A stretch of DNA of 64,000 nucleotides from Eledone cirrhosa (GCA_964016885.1 OZ024743.1:55490001-55554000); one strand, 5' to 3'; counted from the first letter of the stretch, positions 13,806 through 28,239 are shown. Numbers and translations are program-made. Notes: generated from the sequence alone by a model not told the origin.

Positions 13806-13872
13806 TTTTATTATGCGCATTTCAAAAACAAACATCATCAAGCAATAATATTTGTGTTTTCATCAGATAAAA
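13806..13872 (-). ncRNA. Family A hammerhead, 5' pLTR
   Basis: Same sequence as 10133-10199. Confidence 0.85.
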
Positions 13873-14391
13873 CAGGAGAACATGATATGAAGGCTAAAAA
13901 ACACTTGTGGATAGTGCAGTTTTAAATCAACATATGAAAAGTGGTTTTAGATTGATGTGTGATATTGGGAAAAATATTTTATTTAGAGAGGGGGGGGGGG
14001 AGGATGAAAAGGGAAGGAGATGAGAGGGAGAGATGGGTGATAGAGAGAAAGAGATAGTTTTTATAACTGAGAGGAGATATATTTTTTACATAGAGGGGTT
14101 GAAAACCGTTGGAAGATACTGTATAAATTAAAAATTTTGAAAATTAACGAAGGGAGGATATTTCAACCCCTCTATGTAAAAATATATATCTCCTCTCAGT
14201 TATAAAAACTATCTCTTTCTCTCTATCACCCATCTCTCCCTCTCATCTCCTTCCCTTTTCATCCTCCCCCCCCCTCTCCAAATAAAATATTTTTCCAAAT
14301 ATCACACATCAATCTAAAACCACTTTTCATATGTTGATTTAAAACTGCACTATCCACAAGTGTTTTTTATCCTTCATATCATGTTCTCCTG

Positions 14392-14458
14392 TTTTATCTG
14401 ATGAAAACACAAATATTATTGCTTGATGATGTTTGTTTTTGAAATGCGCATAATAAAA
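14392..14458 (+). ncRNA. Family A hammerhead, inverted pLTR
   Basis: ttttat CTGATGA aaacacaaatattattgcttgatgatgtttgttttt GAAA tgcgca TA ataaaa. Confidence 0.85.
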
Positions 14459-14490
14459 TATATGGAACTCCTTTAACCATCTTTTGATCT

Positions 14491-14545
<55 letters not shown>

Positions 14546-14658
14546 TGCTACTGTACGTCTGTATACATATATGTATGTACGTATACATACATACTTACAT
14601 TTAAGTAAGTGCCATACTAAGAGTGAGAAATGAAATTTCGTTTTCATTTTTTTCAACT

Positions 14659-14690
<32 letters not shown>

Positions 14691-14833
14691 TGTATATAAA
14701 TATATATATATATACTCATATATACATATATATATATATACACATATATATATGTATATATATATTTATATATATATATATATACATAAATACATACAAA
14801 CATATATATATATATGTATATATACATACACAC

Positions 14834-15017
<184 letters not shown>

Positions 15018-15322
15018 CAGGAATTTGCCAACATATAGATGTGCAGGTAAGTAGACTGATGTTTAAAACATACGGTTTATCTGGAATATCTCTTTGTTTA
15101 GAACTTGAAACTTTGTTCAACACATCATTGTTGTTGAACCGTGTCATGTAAGCCCGAATGTTGTTGTTTCAGTGAAACGCCTTGAAAATAGATCTAATTT
15201 TATATGTCGTATCAGATAGCTTCACTTTATTTCTTAATTTCTTTCTAAGTTGATCTTTGACTTAGTCACGTATAGAGATAGCTAGCTAGCTAGACTGACA
15301 GACAGACAGACAGACAGGCAGG

Positions 15323-15366
<44 letters not shown>

Positions 15367-15410
15367 TAGACAGACAGACAGACAGATAGATAGATAGATA
15401 GATAGATAGA

Positions 15411-15950
15411 TTTTTTTATTTGCCACATGGGCGCACAAGAAAAGGTGACAATACAAAGACAAATGCCGGGTATTTTACATACAGTCGTGTAAAAAAGATA
15501 TAAAACAAACAATTATAACAATCGACATCCCCAATAGGGGGAGACGCCACAAATGGGTTGTTTAATTCACCCTCGATAGGAGAACCCTCAACTTCAGGAG
15601 CGGGTTGTGAAAGTGCTCCCTTCTTCCTTTTGCTCTCGTCTTTAACCTTAGGGGTTATAAACAGAGAAGGCCCAATCACTCGGGCCATTTTCGCTTCATT
15701 CACCCACCTTTCAGTAAATTTACTGGGGTGCAGTGCCTCTCACTCCACTCTGATTCTTCTTCTAATGTGATACTTAAAGAAGGGAATCAATTGTTGTCCG
15801 GAGAGAAAGGCATCTGTCCTCAGTCCTCTCAACCTCGTCCACCATATAACCTCTTTCACCATAGCCACTATACAGAGGAAAACCGCCTCTCTTTCGTTTT
15901 TGAAAGAGGCTGGCGGTTTGATCCTTACTATGGACTCGGCAGTCAACTGG
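15411..15950 (-). mobile_element. Short 3' fragment of the same Tx1-like family in a (GATA/GAYA)n array
   Basis: Closely matches 21840-22380. Confidence 0.9.
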
Positions 15951-16108
15951 ATAGATAGATAGATATATAGATAGGTAGGTAGGTAGGTAGGTAGGTAGGT
16001 AGGTAGGTAGGTAGGTAGGTAGGTAGGTAGGGAGGTAGGTAGGTAGAGAGACTTCCTGACAGAGAGAGATGAATAGATGGACAGACAGAGAGACAGGTAC
16101 GTAGGTAT

Positions 16109-16174
<66 letters not shown>

Positions 16175-16696
16175 GCTCCACAAGCGTTAAGAAGAGCTTT
16201 ACACTTCAATTCCCTGCTTACTGTTGGGATTCGCTAATATTCTTTTTCTTTTATTCTTTACTTTGTTTCAGTCATTAGACTGCGACCATGCCGGGGCACT
16301 ACTTTAAATAGATTTACTTGATCATACCTACTCCAGTACTTAATTGTTGGAGTCTGGTTCTTATATTATCGATCTGTATTCGTGGAACCGCTAAAAACAA
16401 AACCCGTCAAAGGGTGGAGGAACTCAAAAGAGTCAACGGCCATCCAATTAAGTTTTTTTTGGAGTGCATTTTGTGTGTGTGTTCATTGTTTTGCCTTTGT
16501 GTGTGTGTGCTTTGTATATCGTTTGCTTGTATATATATATACATATATATATTTATTTACGTATAGCACGGAGCTTATGTGCATAAACACACATGCACCG
16601 TGTTGTATTATGATAGTAATGTGTTAGCTCAATGTACAAGAACAGAGCCGTTATATTTAGAAGAAACCAAAGAACGCTTACATACTCAAACAGTTT

Positions 16697-16755
16697 TTAT
16701 TTGCTTACAATGTTTCATCCATACCGTTTGGTAGGAATCATCAGAGCTTAATAAA
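16697..16755 (-). ncRNA. Type-I hammerhead, left arm of a fold-back
   Basis: Reverse complement reads gct CTGATGA ttcctacc-aaac-ggtatggat GAAA cattG TA agc. Confidence 0.72.
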
Positions 16756-16903
16756 CACAGTGCTGAGTATAAGCTCTACAGAGCCTAGTCACTCGAACAA
16801 TCGGAATGCAAAAAAGGGTAAAGATAGGGAGATCGGAGATGGCGAACAAGGAGGGGGTACATGTTGGGGTTGTTAAGCACCACTGCTTATACTCAACACT
16901 GTG

Positions 16904-16963
16904 TTTATTAAGCTCTGAGGATTCCTATCAAACGGTATGGATGAAACATTGTAAGCAAATAAA
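16904..16963 (+). ncRNA. Type-I hammerhead (CUGAGGA core), right arm of a fold-back
   Basis: gct CTGAGGA ttcctatcaaacggtatggat GAAA cattG TA agc. Confidence 0.7.
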
Positions 16964-17136
16964 AACTGTTTGAGTATGTAAGCGTTCTTTGGTTTCTTCT
17001 AAAAAGATATATATATATCCACTCTACTACCCTAAGTATTGAGTACTCTGGTGCGTTATGGTCCATCTGATTTTTTTAGTTTCAGAAGATCCCGTTAAGG
17101 TTGAAGCAGCGATTCTTTGCTTAAACTTTAATGTTA

Positions 17137-17167
<31 letters not shown>

Positions 17168-19078
17168 TGGAAAAGTAAATAACAATAACAAGGAGTACAG
17201 TTACGAAAGGTGTTAGGTATTAGTTTCACGCTTGAGAGTGGGGGGCGTTTCGCGCATAAGTCCTTCATCAGGAGAATGGTGGCAAGGAGAGGGTGTGAGG
17301 TGGGGGGGCACATTGAAATAACAGGAAAAAAATAAAAATAAAATAACACATGAGTGGGACAATAAGTTGAAAACAAGTGGTGAAAGGGTGTGAGGCGTGT
17401 AGAGGTGGTTGTGGGTGGATGGAGAGGGAGGGTATATATATATATATACATATGTGTGTGTGTATGAGTGTACGTGTGTGTGAGTGGGTTGATGTACCAG
17501 GTCTAGTGGTAAGGGTGTTGGACTTACGATCATAATGTCGTTGGTTCGATTCCTGGGTTTAGTTGTGAATGGTGTTCTTGAGCAAAACACTTCATTTCAT
17601 GTTGCTTCAGTATACTCAGCCGAAAATAAATACTAGCAATAGCTGGGAGTTTAACGTCTCCCAAATTTCATTCACAAGTCACTGGTCAACTCGAAGTTAT
17701 AATAACAAGGTACTTCTTACTGCTCAGTGGTACTGAACCTGAAACCACGTGTCTGCGAAGCAAACTCTTTAACCATACCGCCTCACAGCTGTATTTCTTG
17801 TTGTTGATGTTATTGTTCCACGCAATGCCTGCTCTGATCCAGTAGAACTATGATCCAAAATATTTGTTCCGAGACTATCCTGTTATTTTCCTTGGCACAC
17901 TGCACCTATGGTCACAGCATCCTATGTATTCGTCTTTTCTAGGACAGTAGGGTGTGATTAGAGGGAGATTCGGTTGCTATTTCTGGCTAGTAGAGTGGAC
18001 GCATATAGATGTTCTCATTGTCTCATGTGAATTAGTATGTACGCAGTTTCAGGCAGCGCCTGAGAAATAAATAATAAATGAATAAATAAGGACTGAAAAA
18101 ATAGAAAGAGAAAAATGATTTTTATGGAAAAACGACTCCGCCTAATTCTTTAGAATTTATCTCAACCACAAAATATCAATTTATTCATATTTGTGTATAT
18201 TATTCACCAATTTTTGCCGAGGCCGGTACTGCTAAATATATGTATGTAGCTGTAGTTATAGTGTTGCCAGTATCTGTGGATAATATTAACTGGTACAATT
18301 TCACATTCATATGAAATTCACATTATTACGAGATTGAGGAAAGGTAATAGACAGAAAAATTACGAGATTGAAACATAAGAGAAAAGGCCAATAGTGACTT
18401 TCCTGTAGTGACCTATCACCATTTCCCCCACAAACCTTGCGAAAAGTGATTCACAGACTTAAGTGCACTACCCATTAAGATTCCATATTTAATTGACTAT
18501 TAGACATCATTATCGGTTGTGTACAGCCCACGCTGAAAGCCGATATATACTCTTATATTGAATATTAAATTCATTAAGCTCTCGTTAAAAACACTGCTAG
18601 TGTTTTATGTCAATCGATGTGAACATTCTACATCATAGCACTAGTTTACACAAGAAGCTCACAGCAATCTAATTTTATAACAGCTCCTCTATATAATTCT
18701 ATATATTTCCCCTTACTTCTCTACAATTTTTGTTTTTGCTCATAAAGGACGTTGAAGCTGGCTTAATTGGTTTTTCGTAGGGTGTGTAATTTAAGAGCAA
18801 GTATGCAGACAGCGCATGCGTAAAGTTTTGGGATAGGAGCAGGTCGACTTTGGTTTCTAATATATATAGAGAGATAGATAGATAAATAGATAGATAGATA
18901 TATGTGCGTGTGTGTATACCGCAGAGAGAGCGAGAGAGAGAGAGAAGACCGACGTAGTGGGGTCGTTAAGGAGTTGGCAACCAATTGGTTTGAGGTTCAG
19001 TCTCGCAGCGCGCGGCTACTCAGGCAAATGTTTTTTTTCTACTTTTTTTGCTATAGACTCAAGTTAAACAACGTCATG

Positions 19079-19241
<163 letters not shown>

Positions 19242-19303
19242 CTTTGATAGGTTTCGGTCAGTATTGGGCCAGGCCATGTCATACATACATACATATATAT
19301 ATA

Positions 19304-19346
<43 letters not shown>

Positions 19347-21350
19347 CTGGATGTGTATGTATGTGAGTGAGTGCGTTAGTGTATGTGTCTTTTTCTGTCT
19401 GTCAGTCAGTCTGTCTATCAGCCTGATTGTGTGTTTGTGTATCCGACACTTAGTGTTTACGTTTGTGTCTGTCTGTGTTGAACAGTCCGACAGAAAGGGA
19501 GATTGATAAGATATATTCCAGACATGAAAGGGGGTGAGTACTGGGATCGATATGTTCGACTAAATCAAGGCGGTGCCACAGCATGGCCGTTGTCTACTGG
19601 CTGAAACAAGTAAAAGAATGAAAGACTATGAACCAATTACAAAACCTCATTGCCTCACTTCTCAACCCAGTGGACTCATTCATTATTTTTTCTTCGCACG
19701 CGTCTTCAACCATAAAACTAAAACTAACTTAATAGATTGAATGCAAATATATCAATCATTGTGTTATCTTCTTTTCTTTCATTCCTGCTTTTAATATCTG
19801 TCTTTTCTTTCTCTCAATTATTTCCAGCTTTCAACTTTTGTTTATTTCTCAATGTTTTACTAACAACTTTTATTTATTTCCCTCTATTTCTCTACTTCTA
19901 TCAAACAAATTGTTCGCTTTTTTTCTTTCTCCCATTACCACCTGCTTTATTTATTTATTTATTTATTATTGTTATTATTATTGTTATTATTATTGTTATT
20001 ATTATTATTCCAGCTTTCGGATTTTCCATTCATATTTTCCTTCTTTCCACCATCTTATCTTTATTCCCCAGCATGAACAACAATCTACTCTATACTTTTA
20101 AGATCTAAAATGGCGGATGGGACAACGTTAACTTGCTAACTAACTGATATGTGATACGCTTGACAAGCACGTGTGAGACTTATCTTTATTCACACTGGTG
20201 TTGAAATAATTTCTTTACTGTGATCTTTTCCTTTGCTTTAACCTCCTTCACTTTAAGTGCCCAATCCACCCCTGAAAAAAACAAAAAAGAAATCTAGTCA
20301 TCTTCTCTGCTCTGATTTCCAATTCTTTTCCAGGAACACATTCAAACAAGAAGATTATAAATGAATCCACGTGTGTATGGAATGATCACTAAACCAGAAA
20401 CGCGTGGGCTGAAATATTATGTTTTGTTTTTATCCTCCAGTGATAAATATTATAAATCTTTTTTCTCTCTCTCATTTTCTCTCTCACTCACTCATTCTCT
20501 TTCTCTCCAGAAATGGTCAAATGTAATATAAAGGCTGTGTGGCGATTGTTCGGTGAAGGGAAGAATTTACGACGACACACACACGCTAGATTATGAGAAA
20601 ATAAATTTGTTTTTCCCTTTTTTCCATTACATCAATTTACCCAGACTTGCATTTTCAGCTATTCCACATATTTATTTCCTTGCTTCCTCCATCTTTAACT
20701 GACACTCATCATTCACTGTAAATCTACGCCAAAGAAATATCTTTATTACAATCTTTAACAACATTGCAAGCAGGCGAGATACACTTTCCTTTATGTCATA
20801 TATTATTTTTTCAGGGCCAAAACTAAGGTAGAGTGTCAACTGATATTTCTCTATAAATCAATGCTCTGATATTGAGAAAAGAATTTTATGAATAATAGCA
20901 TTCTAATTTTATTGTAGAATATAACCGGAATATTTGTGTTACCAGAGTATCGAGTGACTTAAAGGTTGGATATACGCTGACAATATAAATAGTTGTGTGT
21001 TGTGAAGATGCGCAATTTAGTGGTTACAGTGCTCGGCTCACGATCTCAATGGCGTGAGTTCGATTCTCAGCGTCACATTGAGTCCTTCAGCAAACCATTT
21101 TATTTCATGTTGCTCATGTCTACTCAGCTTCAAAATGAGTTGTATCTGTAATTATAAATGGCCAACTTCGTCTCACACTATATCAAGCAGAATCTCCCCT
21201 AGAAAAACAACGAGGGGTACATTTATTTGGGAAATGATCAACCGTGTGCGGATTACTCTTAAGAGCAGCCGATTCCGTTGATCGGACAAATGGTACACTC
21301 AACCTCGTAACTGACAGATATCTAACACAGATAGACAGATAGATAGATAG

Positions 21351-21434
<84 letters not shown>

Positions 21435-21805
21435 GTTTCTTTATGAGCCACAGGGGCACAAAAGAAGGGGACAAATACAAAGGGGGAAGTTTACATACAA
21501 TAAAAACGTGTAAAATACTATCACAAATGCAATTTAAAAGTTAATCGATTTTCCCCAATAGGGGGAGACATTTCATATGGGTAACACATACCCCCGAAAA
21601 AATGTGCAACCCTCATCTCCAGGAGTACGAAGAGTTTGTACCCCTTTCTTCTCTTCCTCTTTTTCCTCAACCTACAGGCTGATATAGAGAGAAGGCCCAT
21701 TCACTCGGGCCATTCTCGCCACTTTCACCCACCTTTCATAAAACTTGCTGGGGTACAGCACCTATCTCTCTATACTGATTCTTCTTCCAAAGTGGTATTT
21801 GAAAA
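21435..21805 (-). mobile_element. 3' fragment of a related Tx1-like subfamily between GATA arrays
   Basis: Similar ORF end (WVKVARMARV) and 3' UTR layout. Confidence 0.75.
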
Positions 21806-21839
21806 AAAGAAACAGATAGATAGATAGACAGATAGATAT

Positions 21840-23600
21840 ATTTTTTTATTTGCCACAAGGGCGCACAAGAAAAGGGGACAATACAAAGACATGCCGGGGA
21901 TTTTACATACAGTCGTGTAAATAATATAAAAACAAACAATTACAACAATCGAAATCCCCAATAGGGGGGAAGCGCCACAAATGGGTTGTTTAATACCCCG
22001 TCGATAGAACAACCCTCAACTCCAGGAGCGTGTTGTGAAAGTGCTCCCTTCTTCCTTTTGCTATCTTCTTTAACCTACAGGTTTATATACAGAGAAGACC
22101 AAATCACTCGGGCCATTTTCGCTTCATTCACCCACCTTTCAGTAAATTTACTGGGGTGCAGTGCCTCTCTCTCCACTCTGATTCTTCTTCTAAAGTGGTA
22201 CCTAAAGAAGGGAATGAGCTTTTGTCCGGAGAGAAAGGCATCTGTTCTCAGTCCTCTCAATCTCATCCACCCTATAACCTCTTTCACCATAGCCACTATA
22301 CAGAGGAAAACCGCCTCTCTTTCGTTTTTGAAAGAGGTTGGCGGTTTGATCCTTACTCTGGACCCGGCAGTCAACTGGATTTGTCCCATACGCGACAGCA
22401 GTTGTTCTGCGTAGTTCCACAGGCCGGTTACGTCCGGGAAGTGTACAATTGCGTGCAAGACGGTTTCAATGTCCTGCTCGCATCTTGGACACGTCCTCTT
22501 GGAAGGATCCCTGCCGGGGCGTCCGTGCCTATAGATCGTGTCTCGAACTGGTAGAGCTCCTCGGTAGCACTGCCAGGCCAGGAGCCTCTGGAAGTTGTCT
22601 ATAGGTCCCGGGTGGAAAGTCCTACCAAACAGACTGGTGAGTTCGTCATCTTCGACGCCCAGAGTCTCTATAGAATGTCGAAGTGGAGTCTCCACTGGTT
22701 GCTGTGCCCACTTGACAGAGAACTGTGAGCGCCTGAGCGCATTCAATGTGCCAGGCGCCCATCTTCTTCTGTCTCCGCTTGACCCAGGACTGCAGCTCCG
22801 TCAGTGAGACAAGTTGCGGGAAGGCCTGTCTCACAAACGGTGCCCACACCGGTTGGTCGGTGAGGAATACCTGTAGATGCCGTAGCCTCAGCGCATGTTT
22901 GCACATCCTCAGCCACAGCATTCCCAGCCTTCCGTTGGAAGGGTGCTGACAGCAGACGGATCTCCTCACCAGTGGCGCCTGCTTCTTTCAAAGGAACTGG
23001 AAGAGCATGCGTTCCATCTTGGTCAAGGCACGACGGTCAAGCTGTAGTAGTTGACGGACGCTATGAAAGTGTTCGCCACTTCTGCTCGACCTTTCAAGGA
23101 TAGTTTGCACTCTGCCCACTTCTGGATGAGCGCAAATACCTTGGCCGTGACCTCCTTCCAGTTTTTTTCCACCTGGAGGTCCGGACCGAACCAGACTCCG
23201 AGCAATTTCACCGGTCCGTCCGTCCTACGTCCGACGACGCTGTCGGACGGCATCGGTTTGCCTCTCCGCGTTCTGAGTTGTAAACCGACAGACTTGTCCA
23301 GGTTCAGTTTTCCTCCTGTGAACCGTTCGTATTCTTGCAGTAAGTTGCCGATTTGCAATTTGCAGTAATTTGCCGATTTGCGAGCTGCTCAACACCATTA
23401 CTGTGACGTCGTCAGCATAAGCCGACGCCGCTTTTCGCAGTCCTGGTTCCAACGGGATGCCCTGCAACAGCTCCAATTTCCGAAGTAGTGGCTCTACAGT
23501 CAGTACGTACAGAATGGAGGAGAGAGAGCATCCCTGTCGGATGGAACGCGTGATTGCGAACGGCTCCGATAGGTAGCCGTTCACCTTGACCATCGAGCAG
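21840..23600 (-). mobile_element. 5'-truncated Tx1-like (L1 clade) LINE, frameshifted, inserted in (GATA)n
   Basis: RSIRQGCSLS, SAYADD, KLLGVWFG, KLSLKGRA and AWQCYRGALPVR..CPRC..ETVLHA. The 3' end AATAAAAAAA runs into (TATC)n. Confidence 0.9.
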
Positions 23601-23615
23601 ATATTGGTAGATAGG

Positions 23616-23674
<59 letters not shown>

Positions 23675-23685
23675 GTATAAGTACG

Positions 23686-24914
23686 TACACTGGGGTCTCG
23701 AATAACCGAACGCTCACCTGCTTATTAATTTTTCAGATGTTTTCTAATGCCCCCTCTTACCCACCCCGTTTATTGAATTTTGCCAATCTTTCTCAGGCGA
23801 AATTTTATCTTAAGGTGTAGCATTCCTGCGAAAACTAATTTTCTTTATACACGACAAAAAATGTACATTACTACATATCCCATCTATATATATAAAACTG
23901 TGGTTGTCTGTCTGTCTATCGATTTTTGGCACACATCTCCTCTTAGAATCTCTCACGGAATTGCACCGAAATTGCTATACTTGTACATTGAGCCCTAGCG
24001 AAGACATCGGAAAAAATATTTCAAATTGACCCACCCTATGTGACGAAATCGAATATAATGTATCGATTTTTGAGCGTAAGTTATCAGTTATTTCCCTTTG
24101 TTCTGTTTACATTGAGCGTCTTACGTAAAAAATTACGCTGGCTTTCTCAGCGTTTAAAATGACATTAACACAATACACGAACAGTTGTCGTCGAGCCAGC
24201 AAAATATTGACCTGCAAAATTCATCAGTTCGAACACTAAGCTTCCGTTTTGCTTCCTTTCCATTTAAAAGCATTTTAAAACAATATTTTTACTTGAAAAC
24301 AAGTCTATTTAAAGACTACGTCAAACAAGCAAATATTTCGTCGTTAGGCGTGCAGACAGACAGTCGTGCAGACAGACAGTCGTGCAGAGAGGTGATATAG
24401 GCGTGCAGACAGACAGTCGTGCAGAGAGGTGATATAGGCGTGCAGACAGACATAACTGATAATTTGGTTACGCTAATGTTTTTCTCTGCGTTGCAGTGTT
24501 TACATTTTCGATCTTTGTTAATAAATAACCAGTGCAGTTTCTATCCCCAGCATCCTCTTTTGTTATAACATTCGGGTTATCGTTATGTTTTCTTAACTTC
24601 ATAAGGCATATTGTTGGTTGAGGGAATATTAATCAAAAACACCACATGCAAGTCTGCACAGTAGACACTACAGTTTTTAAGCCAAAAAAGAAACTTAACA
24701 TTGTAACTTTAACACAGCTACTGAGCGACCCCGAGCAACGCCGGGCTTTACTGCTAGTATGTTATAAAACAAATAGGAAGGGTTGGGGTCTCATTAGGTA
24801 AGCTAAACAACAAATTCTGGCTCTTAAAATAACCAACGGAGACAACCTAAATAAATCACCAATACCACCACCCCCACTTAATCCAACTCTCCTATTATTT
24901 GGGATCGGAGAGTA
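23686..24914. mobile_element. Possible degenerate TA-flanked TIR element hosting the Helitron
   Basis: tacactggggtctcgaataa weakly matches the reverse complement of ttatttgggatcggagagta. Confidence 0.35.
23883..24757 (+). mobile_element. Non-autonomous Helitron
   Basis: 5' end A|TCTATATATATAAAA. 3' hairpin cccgagcaacgccggg followed by CTAG|T. Internal about 38-bp tandem repeats at 24345-24452. Confidence 0.8.
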
Positions 24915-25523
24915 AGTAGATTTTTACAGTTGTTCAGAAAAGCTTTTAGACTAAAATAGATTGTCGAACATCTGGAAAACTGATCGCTAAAAACGACGGA
25001 GGTCCATCAAATAGCTGTGAATTTCAATACAGATCGGCGGCAATGCGAATGACAGCTAGTGAGTAATAATAAATAAATACATATGGAGCAGTTTCAGATA
25101 ACTTCGAAATACTTTAATATTAGAAATTAGAGAGCCAAGACTCGCTATTGATAATTAGATGTCTAGAATCTGTTGTGAAATATTCTGTAGTCACCCTACC
25201 ATCCTACATCCTACATCTGTTGTTAAAGTCCCACGAGAGTTTGATGTATCGAGTTCCAATATAGATCTGCGATGGAATATAAAGCCAGACAAACTTTGGA
25301 AATATTATACAAACCTTTGATATGGTGATTTCAAGATGGACATATATGTAATCAACATAAATTCTATATTATTATACAGACTGTATACCAACACGCACAA
25401 ACACATACACACACGTACACACAAGCATACACACACATATATATACACACATATATATATATATATGTGTATATATATATATATATATTCAAATGCACAC
25501 ACACATATATAAATATACATATA

Positions 25524-25599
<76 letters not shown>

Positions 25600-26022
25600 T
25601 ACATACATCGGCTGGCGGTTAAGTGATTTGCTACCGTTCAGTACATTGTCATATATTCATAGATTATATATATATATATATATACATATATGTATATACA
25701 CACATATATATAAGCTTCTATACGCGATTTCATATTTTCTTTTCCTATAATACGCTCAGATTTGGTGAAAACTTCAGAAATACATAATCAGTAATATAAA
25801 TAGTATGGCGAAGAAAGGTTTTATAGCCAATGTCTCAATCTCTGTATATCTGTACAAGAGTGTAATAACAAATATACTGAAATAACTATAATGATATGCC
25901 ATATGTTTTTCTATATCTATACGTATCTGTAATTCTTTACAATTTATATAAACACTTACATATACTCATGCACACATAATGCGCTTCATATACAAACAGC
26001 CATGTAAATGCTATAAACCCGA

Positions 26023-26097
<75 letters not shown>

Positions 26098-27784
26098 CGA
26101 GTTTATGAGTTTATAGTATTTATATGTTTATGTAAATATATACACCGACATATACTCAGGCGCACACACACATTGTGGTTCATATGTAAACACACAGATA
26201 CGTACACAAATAGAACCACACAAATACTAGACAGATTTATACCTTTTTCAACACCCCCACACACACCCACACCCATACTCAGACATATATGACGTGATAA
26301 AGTATGGGAAAAAGGAGGAAACAGCTTTCGAGGATATGTGAATAAACGTATGTGTGTATCTGTTAGAACACGAAAAGTGTGAAACAACAGAATGTTCACT
26401 TTTCGTGTTCTAACATATATGCCTAGCTTCTTTAAAAAATTTTCGGGGATAGCCGTGGTGGTGGTGATCGTATGTCATTGGCTAATTTTCAACCAATCAG
26501 AGTACCTCTCTCTATATCTCTTCCACTGTTACTTACGCCTGTTTCTCTCTATCTGTTCCGTCTCTATATATATCTCTTACTCTTTCGCTTTGCACTCCTC
26601 CCCTTCAATACCATCTCTCCCCCTCTCTATATATTTGTTACTCTATCGCTGCACGCTCCTCTCCTTCAATATATCAATTACACACGCTTTACACTCCTTT
26701 ATCCCCAGCGCCCCTATATATACACCCCCCCCCTCTCCCGCATCTATATTTTAATGTACCGTTGCACCGTGAATATATGTGTCTATATATATATACATAT
26801 ATATTGTATATACACATTCATGTATGTGTATACACACTCATGTATGTATATACACTGGTTTTATGTGTGTTATGTGTGTATTGTAAATTTGTACTGTTAA
26901 AACACGAAACTAACATTCGATTGACACTTTGATTACCTGTACAGGCAATAGTTATTAGAATGCTGTTGAAGTGTGTATATATTTTTGGGGGACATCCTGT
27001 ATATACACACATTATATATAATACAATAAACAGATAAATACACACATATATATATGAGCTTATTTAATTATAAATATTGTGAATTTTTAACTCAGTTCAA
27101 TTATATATATAAATGGCTTCTACAGGACTAGAACTGTTTCATTCGAAAGAAATCATCATAATATTGAGAGGGGTGACTAGATAAAATATTTCAAATCAAA
27201 TGTGTATAAGTTATAAGTTAAAATGTATAAATAGAGACGATAGTGGAGGTATATCTGTTTAGTGGAACAGTAGACGATAGAATTAAATACAGACGATAAT
27301 CTCCCTTTAATGAAACAGCAGACGATAGAATTAAGGCAATTTAAATTTTAAGCATTTGCATTTTTGCCTTTCATCGTTACGGGGTCGATAAAATAAAGTA
27401 CCAGTAATACACTGTCACTAGACGACTTTCAAATTGAATTGTTGGTTCCATTTCTTTAGTATTTTCAATTGTAGTTATCTACTTAAAAAGCGTTACACGG
27501 TTAGAGACATAATTCGTAAGTTATATCTTCCCTATTAAACCATCGCATTATTTCGCCTACAATAGAACAAAAATGAAATGTTCTTTAAAGAAACAGGAAT
27601 ATAACTTTATAAAAAAAAAAGTTGCATCCGCTTCTTTTATCATTGATAATTTTTTCGTTTTAATATTAATTGTTTTTTGTAGTTGTTTATATTAAAAATC
27701 TTACTGTAATATTTACTTAAACGAAGGCAAACATCTAAACTTATAGATTAATCTTGAGCGAAGGACTAGATAAATCTCTCTCTC

Positions 27785-27849
<65 letters not shown>

Positions 27850-28239
27850 GAAGAATGATAAAATTTCAAGCAAAGAGTTTAATTAGGTATATTTTGTAAT
27901 ATTATTAACTAATTATTATAATTAACGCGCATATTTTGCTATCCTCAAACACGTTTACACATGGCATGAAATATAACTAATCCGAGATGGCTAGGTTTCA
28001 TCTTCTAACTGGATATACGAAATCCATTATGTCTTGACAACAACATGAGGTAACATTATGTTATTCACAGACACACTTTGTACACCGTTCCATATCAGAA
28101 TGTATTTCCTTCGTCACATTCACAAACAGTATTGAAAATATGTTCTTCGGCAAATAAAAATGTTTTGTTCATAATATTTCAACTAGCGATTGCTCTACTC
28201 CACGCACGACCACCATAAATTAATGACCAGCTCAACACA

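Larger units (their letters stand above)
10004..14497 (-). mobile_element. Penelope-like retroelement family A (Naiad-type), near-intact: inverted partial pLTR, 5' pLTR, RT/GIY-YIG ORF, 3' pLTR
   Basis: Direct repeat 10004-10483 = 13677-14160 brackets the ORF. 14161-14497 is an inverted copy of about 13766-14103. Both ends abut (TA)n. Each pLTR copy has a hammerhead. Confidence 0.93.
16656..17003. repeat. Fold-back with 119-bp arms and about 110-bp spacer carrying hammerheads
   Basis: 16656-16774 is the reverse complement of 16885-17003 with few mismatches. Confidence 0.85.

Noticed and set aside
17220-17285. CTGATGA...GAAA on the minus strand
   Set aside because: No convincing stems I, II or III around the core boxes.
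26965-27003. Tc1/mariner-like end (minus-strand tacaggatgtcccccaaaa)
   Set aside because: No partner TIR or transposase found, so no element can be delimited.
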